From Antedon mediterranea (taxonomy: Eukaryota; Animalia; Echinodermata): DNA of 64,000 nucleotides. The position numbers and the translations under genes are program-made. Shown here one piece after another: positions 14,006-27,200 of this stretch (positions are counted from its first letter, which is position 1; each line of letters starts with the position of its first letter). The notes under the pieces are model-generated. The model had not been told where the DNA came from and ran no database searches. It saw only the letters and a program-made list of their open reading frames with translations. The stretch covers positions 9,362,001-9,426,000 of the forward strand of contig NC_092672.1 in the NCBI RefSeq assembly GCF_964355755.1, written 5' to 3'.

Positions 14006-15030
14006 CTCTGTGCTTGGTTTAATAAACTTGACGCTACTGTACAAAGTGACAACTCGCCTCGGCCATGCTTCGACGTTAATCCAAACAGATTTTGTATTTC
14101 CGGGCAGAGGCAGGTAGTTTGAAACATCCATTATGTTATAGGGATACTTTTTACCTTTTCAAAAAACATATTTTCTTAAAACACCTAATGTTCAATAATT
14201 CCCAATAAAAATAAAATCGTCTGTTTTATTTCATTTATGTAACAATCCAACTGTCCTATTTTTATTTTAATATAAGCAGCATTCATAAATATTTTAGTAT
14301 GCATAAACATGATTCCCCTTTTGTTGAATGGAAAAAGTTTCAAGTTAAAAGTGTTTAAAAGACTAGATCGTGAGATTGAACAAAAAAAAGAATAACAGGG
14401 CTTAAATAAAGCCACACAGCAGAAATGACTCAATGAAAAGATAGTTAGACAAGACTCATCTTCAGATGGGACCGACATTGGGGACTAGCAAAATTTTGAA
14501 GATTCCAGACTGACAAGCTTAGCCCTCTAATCTCAAACACAAATTTATAAGTTGCTTATGATGTAAAAATATTTAATGTTAATACTCTTGTTTTTCTTTT
14601 TTTCTTTCACTTGACTTTCAGCTCAGCTTTCAACTACACGGGTAAAAGAAAATATTATAGGCCTATTGCTAATCTATTATTAAGTAAAATTTACATCTTA
14701 TTGTAATTATTTCTCTGTATTACTTAATGTTATAATCAAAACATAATTATTAATCTATAATTGTTATGATAAAAATAACAATATAAGTGATATCATAAAT
14801 TAACACTTGAATAAATAAACAAATATTGCACAGACGGTATGTTTGATATTGTTTTGATTCTTACAAACTAATCCTATATTAGGGAAGTTCGTTATAATAA
14901 CTACAAAGCAATTAGTCGTTATCAAAACACGATTGAAACTGATTTACTGGCTTGAGTTATCAAAACAGATCATTTTATTGTTTACACTCACTTACGGTAT
15001 CGATAGGTGAGTTCTGTGTAAGAACTACTT

Positions 15031-15135
15031 TAACATGGCTGCAGTGGCGTGCTCACATTTTAGACCGACTGACCAACCGACCGACATAGTGAGTTGTAGA
15101 GTCGCGTTTGCACGAGACTACCGCGCGACTAAAAA
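15031..15135 (-). mobile_element. Short DINE-1/HINE-like (non-autonomous Helentron) element
   Basis: AGTCGCGT/ACGCGACT sub-terminal inverted repeats and a CCGA microsatellite. Related copies at 34331, 39654 and 61560. Confidence 0.6.
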
Positions 15136-15353
15136 TCTGTAAAATGATGGTTATAATGACTGGTTATATTCAGCTTCAATGGCTCAAATCCTGGTTCTAA
15201 TGGCACCAGAGGATTTTTTAGTTTTGTTATTGGTGTCACTGTTCTTGCCTTAAGATATGCAATGCATTCAAATACTAATTAAAAACAAACTTTCTCACAA
15301 GACCACTTAGCCCGCACAAACAAGAGGAAAGAAAGACCACCCAAGCCCGTTAA

Positions 15354-15683
15354 AGATATATTGTCCCACTGACAATTTTATTAAATGTTTTTGTTGAATA
15401 TGCCATTTTAATGTCAAAGAATAGTTTTTCACTTTGACTGAATAAATGATTTACTTGAAAAACTGTAATTTAAAGGAAACAATATTCAAATGTATTGGAA
15501 GTCAATAAGTTTTTGGTTGAATTTAATATTTTTTGTCTTATAGTAAGTGAAAACATTATTCTTGAAAGGTTGTTTTCCCTACAGAGGTGATTAGGCATCT
15601 TGTTTTAAAACTGCGAAATGGCCTATTCAGAGTCTATTCTTGATTAATCTTCATTGTTCATGTTTTTACGGGACAATACATGT
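15354..15683. mobile_element. TTAA-flanked MITE (Kolobok-like)
   Basis: TTAA|AGATATATTGTCCC...GGGACAATACATGT|TTAA. Same family as 17816, 21206 and 22988. Confidence 0.7.
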
Positions 15684-15978
15684 TTAAAGCTGTTGCTCTC
15701 TCAGTCTAAAGAGAAATTATATAAATAATATTATATGAATAATAAATAATAATGAATGTATTAATAATTACACATTCTATAATAAAAAAAAACAGCAGTT
15801 CCAGAGGGCGATATACAGAGAGTCAAAGTGGCCTACCAGTATTTTTATAGACCAAAACGCCGACCATCTGCAAATAATAAAAGATGTGTGTGTGAAGTTA
15901 TAATTTAAACAATAATGAAATGGCATTTATATTATTACTAATTAGGAATTAAATATTAATAATTGTAACGATATAATT

Positions 15979-16180
15979 CTGGGATAAAGACTAAACAGTG
16001 TACACATTAGCTCACTTTGCACTTAAAAAAAACTGGAGTAGGGGGGTTACCCCGGTGTACTAAGTACACACCCAGTCACTGTCACTCACAGTCACAAATC
16101 ATAACTGGGCCCTCTGTGAGACCAATCTTTGACTGAAAAGGTCACCCAATATAAATAAAAAATAAATAAAATAAAAAATA
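15979..16180 (+). mobile_element. 5'-truncated Deu-core SINE with a different 3' tail
   Basis: Shares GGATAA.GACTAAAC, CAGTGTACACA and GAGTAGGGGGTTACCCCGGTG with 11372-11733, then diverges and ends in (AAATA)n. Confidence 0.65.
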
Positions 16181-16810
16181 TACAATAATTCGTTATTAAT
16201 GCCCAAAATACTACATTAAATCTATTACCGTTCCTAGACCACATTGGTGTGTATGTAGGTACACTCGATGAAGTGTAAATCTGAATCAGAATAATTTTAT
16301 TGATCTCCAAAGGAGAAATTCATTTTCTTAGAGTTAAAACAATTAAAATATTGAAATAAGTATATTTATATATATATATAAATTTTAAGAAACTTTACAT
16401 AGTAATGATTATTATAAAAAATACGATCAAAACAATACATATAAAGAGAATACAAGCACCAATAACTATATTTAGAAACACACCTTAATTCATATTGAAA
16501 AAACTTGATGCTCATTGAAACAAAGAAATAAAGATAACGATTGGTCTTAGTACTATTTTCTCCATGATAGATAACAACTCGCAAACGATTGTTCGTCCTA
16601 TTCTAAAAGTATTTTATTCACGTCAATTTCAAACTACAGTACTATGATGATTTTGCCAAATAAATTCGTCTAAAACGTTCAAAGAATTTAAAAATAAAAA
16701 CGTTAATTGTAAAAATTAAAAAGTGCGTTTCAAGATCTAAATATGCTTTCAACTTCATAGAAATATTGGTAAAGTTATAAAATCAAGATGTATCGGATGT
16801 AAAATAATTT

Positions 16811-16883
16811 CGACCACGATGGGACTCGAACCCACAATCTTCCGATTCGAAGTCGGACGCCTTATCCGTTGGGCCACGCGGCC
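16811..16883 (-). tRNA. trnR-TCG: tRNA-Arg (anticodon TCG)
   Basis: GGCCGCGTGGCCCAACGGATAAGGCGTCCGACTTCGAATCGGAAGATTGTGGGTTCGAGTCCCATCGTGGTCG: 73 nt, complete cloverleaf, anticodon loop CTTCGAA, TTTT terminator a few bases downstream. Confidence 0.96.
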
Positions 16884-17815
16884 ACCTGATTAATTGTGTG
16901 GAACTGAGCATATAATTAGTGACAACAAGCAAAAATAACACCATCTGCCAACATTTATTCAAGCTATGAAATCACAACAAATAAAAAGTACAATGACAAT
17001 AACAAAACTTGGTTGAAAAACCACCGACCTTGAATTATTGCCGGAAGCCTATGTAGTAGAAATACAATTGCTTCAATTGAACTTTTAAGTCTAATGCACA
17101 TAATTTTAAGTGCTTCCTGCTGATTTAAAGAAGATATTAGAATACAGTAAGTTATGCAAAAGGTACAGCAGCTACCAGAATTTGTTTCTTTTTGAAAATT
17201 TAATTTCGGCTTCTTTGATTAAATTTCGTTTAATAAATGTTGTATTACTAGTATTATATATAATAATAATTTATTCAAACGCTTACAAGTAAAAAATTAA
17301 AAGAATATGAAGAAACATATTATCACGAATAAAAGATTTTTTTGCAATATTAACATCTATATAAGTAGGCCTAAACTATACATCTATGTCTTCCTTGAAT
17401 TGTAAATTTTAAGTGGTTACTTTATAGAAGTAAATGTTTTCTTTTAAATGTGAATATTTCCATCATTAAAAAATCATTATTTGCCTAACATACCTTTAGT
17501 ATTTATAATGACTGTTAATAATATAATTTAATTATTTTCTTAGTGACGCACATGAAAAAGCCAGCACTAGGAGACACTGCCTCTTTTAATGTAGGCCTAT
17601 ATGTTTTGCACACATCGATTAAGATTATAAAATGGTTTGACCTAGTTACTTAATTTGCATAGCCAATTAACCAGTTTTTCATTAGAAATACTGCAACATT
17701 CAAGCTAGGCCTATTTCGAGTTTAGTCCCTTTTTAGCCATTATTTTGACAGTATAATTCTACTTTAATCCATCAATTATTAAACGATGAATTTAAAGGTA
17801 CAGATCAAAGATTAA

Positions 17816-18237
17816 AGATATATTGTCCCCCTGAAAAATATATATTTATTTTATAGTTTTTTGTTGAATATGCAATTTTAATAATAATAATAATACTTTT
17901 TTCGCAAGTATTCTCAAATGTACTTAGTATAAAGTACAAATTACGTCAGAGTAGGGCAAAACATCTAATTACTCAACTCCTTGACGCAAAACTACAATTA
18001 CAATAATTATTCACTTTAAAAATTAGATAAAAAAAAATTATATTTACCTGAAAAACTGTAATTTAAAGCAAATACAGTAGTCAAATTGACTGGAAGTTAA
18101 TAGGTTTTTGGTTGAAATTAACCGATTATTTCGTTATTTTATAAGTGTAGAGGCTAAACATAATTTTTGTTTACGTAAGTGATAACTATATTAAAACTGC
18201 GAAATGACCTAGTGCCTATTACAAGAACAATACCTCT
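17816..18237. mobile_element. TTAA-flanked MITE (Kolobok-like)
   Basis: TTAA|AGATATATTGTCCC...ACAATACCTCT|TTAA; internal similarity to 15354-15683. Confidence 0.65.
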
Positions 18238-18916
18238 TTAATAACTCCACGCAATTATATAGGTATATTTAAATTTTAATCGGAAATATATCTTTGCATT
18301 ATTACTTTTATTAAAATAATTCCAGTAAATCTGGAGACACCTAAAATTGGAAGGCTTATGGATATTTTTCATTATACATGCTAAAAATAAATGGTAGGGT
18401 GGTCAGTGAAAAATCGAAAAGCATTCGATTTTATTTAACAACACTAGTATCAAGGGGATACTTTCTCGTAAACGAAATTACGAAGGGCGATATAATTATA
18501 TTTTGTCAATTCTATTCCGAGAATATGGAGACACTTTGATGGGTTTCGAATTGTGGGTAGCCACGAATGTTCCTTTAATATGAGTTCTATTGTAGCTAAG
18601 ATGGAAACATTGACAGACTATTAATTATTAGTAAAACCAGTTCAATACTATAGAAAGGTTAGTGTACACACACTTTAAAAAATCTTTATCGTATCCTTTT
18701 TTATTTAACACATCTAAACTAAAGGGTAGGCCTACAACAATCATATGAATATAGGTCTATGCAAAAACAAACAACGTTATACACTGTGTTCGATGGATAC
18801 GAAAGTATAACCACATAACGTTTTTGCGACTCATGCGGGTGATTGTAGGTTCATTCCTTTTGGTTGCGTATGCCCATTGTATCCCGTTATGTCTGCTTCT
18901 GATAGACAGGAGTCTA

Positions 18917-21900
18917 TTACTCAGTCTGGTTAGTTGGTCGTAAAATTATATCGTGAATCTGTATTTAAAAAAAAATAGGATTAAACGGATCACTAATAAC
19001 ATACAACGGCATGGTTTTTGTATATTATGTGTGTTTTCTGACGTGTAATAAAGGTCTTCTAGTGTCAGAAATGTAATCTTTCACATTAGTTTTATTACTT
19101 AAAATAGTTTTTATCTTTTTTTGTGAAACTTACCTGGCAATGTGCAGGAGCGTGTAAAGCATAAGCCAGCGCGTCTGAAATATCTTCAGCATCAAGACTC
19201 TGTTAAAAAAAAACACACTAAGCTAACCAGGTTATATAAATGAATGGATAAACATTGAGGTTCAACATTGCCCACATTTTCTTCAGGCTCCTAGAATAAT
19301 ACACGCCTATGTATGATTACATATTAGGAAATTGAAATTTGGTAATAATTTATCAATAATAGTCGGTAAGAAAATACCTTCATTTCATAGAAAATGTTTT
19401 TGGCAATTTCTTCACCCATCATCTTCTTTAGAAATTCAGTTTCAACAAGACCAGGAGATATGCTCTGGAATAGAAGAGAAGGTAGGCCTACAATGAAACT
19501 GTTCACATGTGTCCACTAACTTAAGCTTGGTTCCCACTAGCGACGTAACGTAACGCAACCTTCGCAACGAAAGAAAATGTCCTTCCGATAATTATGTTTA
19601 CCCCCGTCCGCGTGAAATCAAACCTGCGATTTTTTCAGCACTGATGCGTCGTCAGTCCCCACAATACAGCACTTTGCGTCAACACGTCGTAGCGTTGCGT
19701 TACGTTGCGTCTCTAGTGGGAACCACGCTTTACCAAAACATTTTTATTTGATTTTTATTTGATCTTTACCAAAACATTTTTATTTGATCTGTATTTTTAT
19801 TTGATCAAAGTGGCCGCACTTTGAAACAATAGGCCTACTGATGATTCCTTAAAAAACAGCTCCCTCTTTATTCACATTGCGAAAGTCTTTAGAAGAATAT
19901 TATTATTCTAAATTATCATTTATTTTAAGAAGCCTCAACAAATCTAAGACGGTAAATATTGCTGATTTAGATTGACAAGCGACTTCCTTGTTTGCTGATT
20001 CCCAAATAAAAATAAGTGCCATCACGCTATAAGCGCTCTGTGTAGGCCATGCTAACCGTGATTCGAATGTTTGATTTCTTCTCTCTCAGTTCTTGTCGAA
20101 GTCCCTCAGTCAATGCTCTAACCATGTGTTTTGTCCCGCAATAGAATGATAAAGCTGTAAAACATACGGCATGTCCACCTATACTGAAAAAAAACCACTC
20201 CGAATCTTTAAACAATGGTTAAAGGCCAACAAATTATGGTCAAATAAAAATATTAATGTTACAATGATACTATACAATGTAAAGCGTGGTTCCCACTAGA
20301 ACGCAACGCAGCGACGTATTGACGCAAAGTGCTGTATTGCGTAATCGCAAGTGGGAACTGACGACGAAATAGTGTTGCAAACATCGCCGGTTTGATTTCA
20401 CGCAGGCGGGGGCAAACACAATTATTAGAAGGGCATTTTCTTACGTTGCGTAGAGATTGCGCTACGTTGCGTCGCTAGTGAGAACCAAGCTTTAGTCTTT
20501 TTCATTACAGAAATAGAAGCGTAATACCAGGGGGGTGTTTACTCTTTCTTGGTAATACACACTTCTAGGCATAGTATGAAGCGCCATCCAGCAAAGTTGT
20601 GCTAAAATACAAATGTCATATATACGTTTTAGGGGGAAGAGTGAAATTTTACTCTTCCTTGGTAAAACGTACACATTTAACAATTACACTGCAGTGTACG
20701 TTTGATGAATTTAGACGTGATTGTATTGATTGAAAATTTGTATTTTTGCTGTGTATGGCTTGCGCGCCACAACCGACAGCAGAATAAAGGTTAGAAACAT
20801 AGTACATTGTCATACTTTTGATGCCTTAATAAAAATACCAAATAGAAATTACAAATAAAATTGCACATAATTATAAACCATCCATGCAATAAAAATACCG
20901 TATTCTATAATAATTATTTAATGTAAATAGGCCTACCTGCTTATATGAAATATATGCCCATCATCTACGCCTCTATCTGTCATTTGGTTTAGCGTCTCTC
21001 TTGTGCAGATTGAAAGTCCTAAAACATTTATCTAAAGTGCATTGTAAAATAGCACAAAAAAACGAACAACAAAAAAATCTTGACTATAATCAGTTCAAGT
21101 TCGTATGAGATAAGTAGCGGTTGTTAGTTACCGTACTGAAAGTAGTGCATGATTTCATGGATATATCAAAAAATTACAAAATGTTTAGATAAAGCTCCCT
21201 ATTAAAGATGTATTGTTTCTAAAAAACAGGAAAAAAGAAGATTAATAAAAATTACTTTTAATAGACCATTTCATAGTTTTAATAAAGAAAAGAACATTTT
21301 ACAAATATTGTTTTCACCTATAAAAAGAAAAAATAAACGGTTAAATACAACCAAAACCACATTGACTTCCAGTCAACTTTACTATTCTTCCAGTCAACTT
21401 TACTATTCTTCCAGTCAACTTTACTATTCTTCCAGTCAACTTTACTATTCTTAATTTGCTTTAAATTACAGTTTTTTCCAGGTAAATAAAAATTTTTTTC
21501 AATCCAATTTTTGGTCAAAGTGAATAACTATGATGTGACATTAAAATGAAATATTCAACAAAAAATATTTAAACATTTTTTTTCCCAGGTGGACAATATA
21601 TCTTTAAACCAACCCTTACATCTAGTAGATATCGCCAGTCCTCTGTTTTGCCGGACATCAGGGGACAATAAATTCCAATTCCGGCATTGTTAACACAGAC
21701 ATCAACTCCTCCAAACTTCTCTTTGATCTCAGCAAACATAGCTAAGATTTCATCCTCTTTACTAACATCACATTTCACAGGATGGAGAAGACCAGGGGAA
21801 TTCTGAGATTTCAGTTCTTCTGCAATTGCCTAAAAGATATAATTAATAAAACAAACACGTATTAAACTCTCTCTTTCTCGATGTATACATGTCTCAACGG

Positions 21901-22613
21901 GATGGGAAGTGCGGTCCAGTATCATTTGTCCAAAAGCAGTTGCTGAAAAAGTAAAAAATGGGTTTACTTCGTTCCCACCGCGTCGTTCCTTTAGTTGGTA
22001 TCGTGAAGGAAGAACACCATATCAAAAGTTCTCCACAAAATATCCATTCCATTTCCAACACCTCAGATTTATAGCAAACAGCACTTTCTAAAGGTTCGTA
22101 ATAAATTCGCTGTCGCCTAGTTCTGACTAAAATTACAAGTCACTAACATTGGTGTATTAAAATTAAGTATTGTTGTTCATAAAATTATTATTCTAAATAT
22201 GTTTAGAAATTATAGAGGAGGTACGTGGAAGACGATAGGATTTCTTGTCACTGGTCGTATTTTTAGGATAAACACAATTCAACCAGAAATTCGTTGAACA
22301 TTGTACGTGAGCCTCCCTTTTGATTATTCTTAATCCCTGGTTATTTGCAAATGTTCACCCTTCAATTTTTCCGCCATAATCCTCGGTAAAGTTATAGGTT
22401 ACCGTACTGTACGTATACTATCAAATTCATTGTCTACCACATCTAGAGTCGAATATTAAACATATTGAATAATACCTTTACTTTATCAACTCCATTGTTA
22501 GCACATCCAACAACTTTCATTCCATGTTTTACCAACTTTTTAGCGATTGCTGCACCAATACCTTCAGATGCACCAGTCACCAAAGCCACACGTCCATTCC
22601 ATCGATCTGCCAT
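18917..22613 (-). CDS. DHRS11: Dehydrogenase/reductase SDR family member 11-like (7 exons, ~254 aa)
   Basis: Exons 22476-22613, 21620-21829, 20937-21031, 20057-20183, 19378-19464, 19134-19199 and 18917-18958, all GT-AG and in phase. Motifs: MADRWNGRVALVTGASEGIG, VDVCVNNAG, DDGHIFHISS, catalytic YCGTK, ALTEGLRQELRE, ISPGLVETEF, IHDIILRP. Confidence 0.93.
19524..19729. mobile_element. MITE with TTA flanks (PIF/Harbinger-like)
   Basis: TTA|AGCTTGGTTCCCACTAG...CTAGTGGGAACCACGCT|TTA. Confidence 0.8.
20283..20491. mobile_element. Second copy of the same MITE, in opposite orientation
   Basis: TAA|AGCGTGGTTCCCACTAG...CTAGTGAGAACCAAGCT|TTA; the interior is the reverse complement of 19524-19729. Confidence 0.8.
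21206..21603. mobile_element. TTAA-flanked MITE (Kolobok-like) with an internal 21-bp tandem expansion
   Basis: TTAA|AGATGTATTGT...GGACAATATATCT|TTAA; (TTCCAGTCAACTTTACTATTC)x4 at about 21367-21450. Confidence 0.7.
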
Positions 22614-22987
22614 TATGCGAATGGTCTACGTAAGTTTGGATCGTAGACCTATATGGTCAATGCCGATTAACCAAGGACTTGTTAAAGGACTTTTACTGTT
22701 ATAAGTTCTTGAATCATGAATGTAGATAAGGTTTTCTTTTGTAACCTGGATTGGCCATGGGGGTACACTTCAATGCTTTAGACATTCAAATTTAATTAGT
22801 TTTCTTATTTATTATCAGGACCTTTTTACTAAATCCTTTTCGTGTCACTTAATTATTATTGACTTACTATAATATGTCAACATTTCGTCATGTGATTAAA
22901 ACTAACAGCTACAGACCGGTGGGTAAAGTCCGATGGGTATATATATATGTGTGCCTACCTACAGATTTCAATCAGGAAAATGAGGAA

Positions 22988-23217
22988 AGATGTATTGTCC
23001 TAAAAAAAACATGAACAACGAAGATTAATAAAAAAGTTTTTGTAATTAACTCCCGTAGAAAAAAAAATGTTTTCACTTATAGAGACAAAATAAATTGTTA
23101 TTACATCAAAAATTTGACTACTTTTTGCTTTAAATTACACATTTTTTCACGTGACATTCAAATGGCACATTCAACCAAAACATTAAAAAAATTATGTTTC
23201 AAGAAGAAATTATATCT
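22988..23217. mobile_element. Internally deleted copy of the TTAA-flanked MITE
   Basis: AGATGTATTGTCC...TATATCT|TTAA; the interior aligns by eye with 21206-21603. Confidence 0.55.
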
Positions 23218-24258
23218 TTAATTAACGAATATTATCAGTCTGTATCCATTTACAAATGAATATATTCTATAGTATTTTCAATATAAATAAACTGTCATAA
23301 AAATGCATTTACTTCACAGTAGATTAACAAAAATCAAAAGTTTATAAGACCAAATATATGACTAGTACTATTATTCATTTGTCAAAAATTGGGCATATTA
23401 ATTCGATACTTAATTTAAATAATACTCGATAAGTGACATGAAACGCTTTGTATTTAATTAATAACGCAGTATTAGCATAGACTTATTATAGGTCCGCAAG
23501 GCAATTTAACAACCTTTGGTTTATGATGGCATACATTGCAAATAGCGTCCTCTATAGTGCACATCGATACGCAACTTTTAAAAAGTTTTAAATCATTGCA
23601 TGCTGTCTCTTTAAATACGTGTTTGAATTTTTTAAATGTAAAAAAAAAATTGTTTTCAGTGTGAAATTGTCTTGTCTTAACCGATCGTTGTTTTCATCTA
23701 TTTTCATTTATTTCTACTCTTAAAATTATCCTTTTTTTAAATTTTTTCGATCTGTTTTGTGTTCAAACATACTATGTTTTTTTTAATTAAAGGAGAGACT
23801 TATAGATATGATATATATATATATATAATGATTGATGTTTTGTAAAACTACTATTCTCATCTTTTTAATCATTTAGGCCTGGCCTTGTTTTCCAGGCCAG
23901 TTATGACACACCGTAATACAACGCCGCCTACTTGCTGAAGCTCTTGCGGTGACTAGGAACACGATGTGTCATTCCTTGGCTTCCGCCAAACGAGTTGTTA
24001 TAGCGGCAACTATATTTGTTAGCTTACTTTTTAAACTAGTCAATAGTTATAAGCGTTGATAACCAATGATCAGACATATCTGTTGTATAAAACTATTAGT
24101 GTGGAGAGTTTATCGATGCCAGGCCTGTATATAAGCACAACTGAAGCACTAAACTAGACCTCGTGTAGGCCTACTTTCACACCTCTACAGCAACCTTTTC
24201 TACATGGATAATTCGTACTTGTTCTAAGTTATTCTTATCGGAATTGAAAAACATAAAT

Positions 24259-27200
24259 ATGGAGTGTAGCCCGAAATTATTTCGACATGAAACTAGGCCA
24301 GCAACTTTCGGTGATTTTGGTATAGATGTCCGTGATTTGATCAACAAATCAAAAAGTCTGGACAGACCGGTAACATTTGCGGATTTTGGCGTCAATGTCG
24401 AAAAAGAAAAACCAATTATACAGACTGCAATTGGAACAGTAAGTACTGAAACATAATAATTATGTAGGTCTATTATTTAGCTTTTTGAATAATCCTATAC
24501 AACTTCTCTCCAATTAGATTAGATGCAGGAGTGCGTAGCATACTATTAATATAGGCCTATTTTAATATTTTAAGTCTATACCAAAGCTTTGTACTTTCCG
24601 TAGTTCTGTAAAATTATTATATAGGCCTACAACTGAAAACACAATTAGCAAAATTTGCAAAATAACACCTCTTTTAAAGTTGTGGTTTTCTTGAAGGTTC
24701 CCGACGATGTTATTATTTTTCATAATTTATTTAATAAAGTAATAAAGAAAATGTTCACAACGTACGGTATATTTTCCAACGTTACTTTATACGTAAGTCT
24801 ATGGCAAACATATATAAAGTTTTAACCAAACAAAAATTAAAATCATCAGACAGAAAACTAAGCTACATGTTTACTCACAAAATAAATTCTGAAAAGTCAA
24901 TGTAAGTAAGCATTCTATTGTATTACTGACAACTTAAGTACACGCCGTTTAATAGCTACGATAAGTGTAGGCCTACATTCTATATAAAAATAAACATTAA
25001 CATGACTGGTCGAAATTGCAGAAAGGCCACTACATGAATGATAATGCAACTGTCAACTAATAACGATCAAAAGAAAAAACGCACTAATTGGATAAAAGTG
25101 TCTATCAACAGAAATTAAGAGCGTAAGAATGGAAATATCACCTGACGACATTGAAAGCTTACTGTCAACATAGTTGATGAGTGTCAGGATCCGTGACGTA
25201 TCAAATATTTTAAAACGCCTCTCAGAACGTTTATACGAGTCTCAGATTAAGTAATCTTCTTGATGAAAAAAAATCTCTATTGAATTGTACCAAACCCTAT
25301 GAGTCTAACGTGTGAATAGCTGCTTAGTTATCATCAAAATAGAAATAACGTATTATAAAATAAAGAAAACAAAGCTTCTTTTCTAAGTTGGGAATACAAT
25401 GCTACTAGGCTACTAAAGTTTACCTACATTAAATGTAAGAATGACATAATATTCATTCATTCATTCAATCTTTTATTTCGGAATCTGTGGTCCATAAAAA
25501 GTAAAAATTACCTATAAAAATGAAATAAAATAAACAAGACTAATTACCTATCTCGGGATGGCATTCAACCTGGAGAGCATCTTCGACTTGACTAAGATGT
25601 TGCTTATCGTTAAGACTAAAGAATTTTCGCTTGTATTTAGTCTACCCATCAGGCCATATATTGATTTTCTTAACAATTCATAAAAAGAAGGAATTCTACA
25701 ACCAGTAAACATAAGGCTGGCACTGCAATTTTGAGGCCATTGTAGCAACATTCTTAAACCATTATTGTAGCATACCTGGAGAGATCGCAAGGTACCCTGA
25801 TTATAGTTGCACCATAATGTAGCACAATACATATTTACACAATATGTTCTAAATAAAACACATTTTACATTAATAGAACATTATACTAAATTTTCTGACC
25901 AAGGAGTTGGCTCGGATATACAAAGATCTGTATTGCCGCTTTATATCGAACTTATCACATAAATCCAAGAAGATAACATGACATATTCTAAGCTTTTGCA
26001 ATTAATGGTAATAATAGGTTTCAATTGAATCCTCCGTGACTTAGGACAGATTATCATACAAGATGATTTCTTAGCATTGTAAACAATATCTTTTTGGCCG
26101 CAAATCATTCAGAAATTGTTATTAAATGTTGCACACCTGATGCAGAAGGTGATATAAGCACCATGTCATCTGCATACAAGAGGTTGTTAAATTAAATATT
26201 ATTTAACTCACACCCTTATTTGCTGTTGCTAAGCTTTAATGATAAGATCATTTATATATACATATTATACAGATGGGGAGACGTCACTCCTCCCTGTCTA
26301 ACACCATTCATATTTGTTGATGTTTTGCGGAACAATAAAATCAGTTTTATAATCAAATCTATCTCATGTACATATTAATTATAAACAATGTATCTCGACC
26401 TTGCTGTTGAACTACTACATTCAACTTTGATTCATTCATTCATTCATTCATTCATTCATTCTTTTTTCTTTATCCATTACTAGACCTATGCATTATTAGA
26501 ACTTAATACTAATATCATAAAATGTAAGAATCTATGCATACACTGTATTAGAACGATGCTTTCTTAGCCTGCTATCAATATTGAGATTATTACTATTTGT
26601 ACATGATGATTGTTGTATACTTTACATCACATGTCAAATAATGTATGATTCACTCAACACAAGAGGCCAAAAATAGGAACATCATGTTTTATAAACTTGT
26701 AAATTTATTAAAGACAAATCGATTCCACATAAAATCTGTTAGTGACACATGAAGGCATTGACAGAATTATGCGATATACATTACACAGAAGATGTGTTTT
26801 CTTTTTATCAGAAATCGGTGTAAAAAAAAAATGAGTTATCAATATTAGACCTAAAACATTTTAGGAAATTGACATAGACACGAACTTATGGCAATGATAT
26901 AATGGCGCCGAAATACATCTTTATCTTATCATTTTTAAAGTGATGTTTTAATTATCTAAATTCGACTATTAAAAGAGCATTGAATTCGATAGTAATAATC
27001 GTTGTTATATTTCATTATAACAACATTTTATAGAGCTAATGATAAAACGATACAACTAAACAAAAACAATTAAGAATAAAAATAAGAACATATTTTTCAT
27101 TTTGTTAAAAACAAGGAAACTAAAATAAATTATGGTAAGTTTCCATAAATATAATGTATTGGGACAGTATCTAATATTGGATTAAATTAAAAATAATAGA

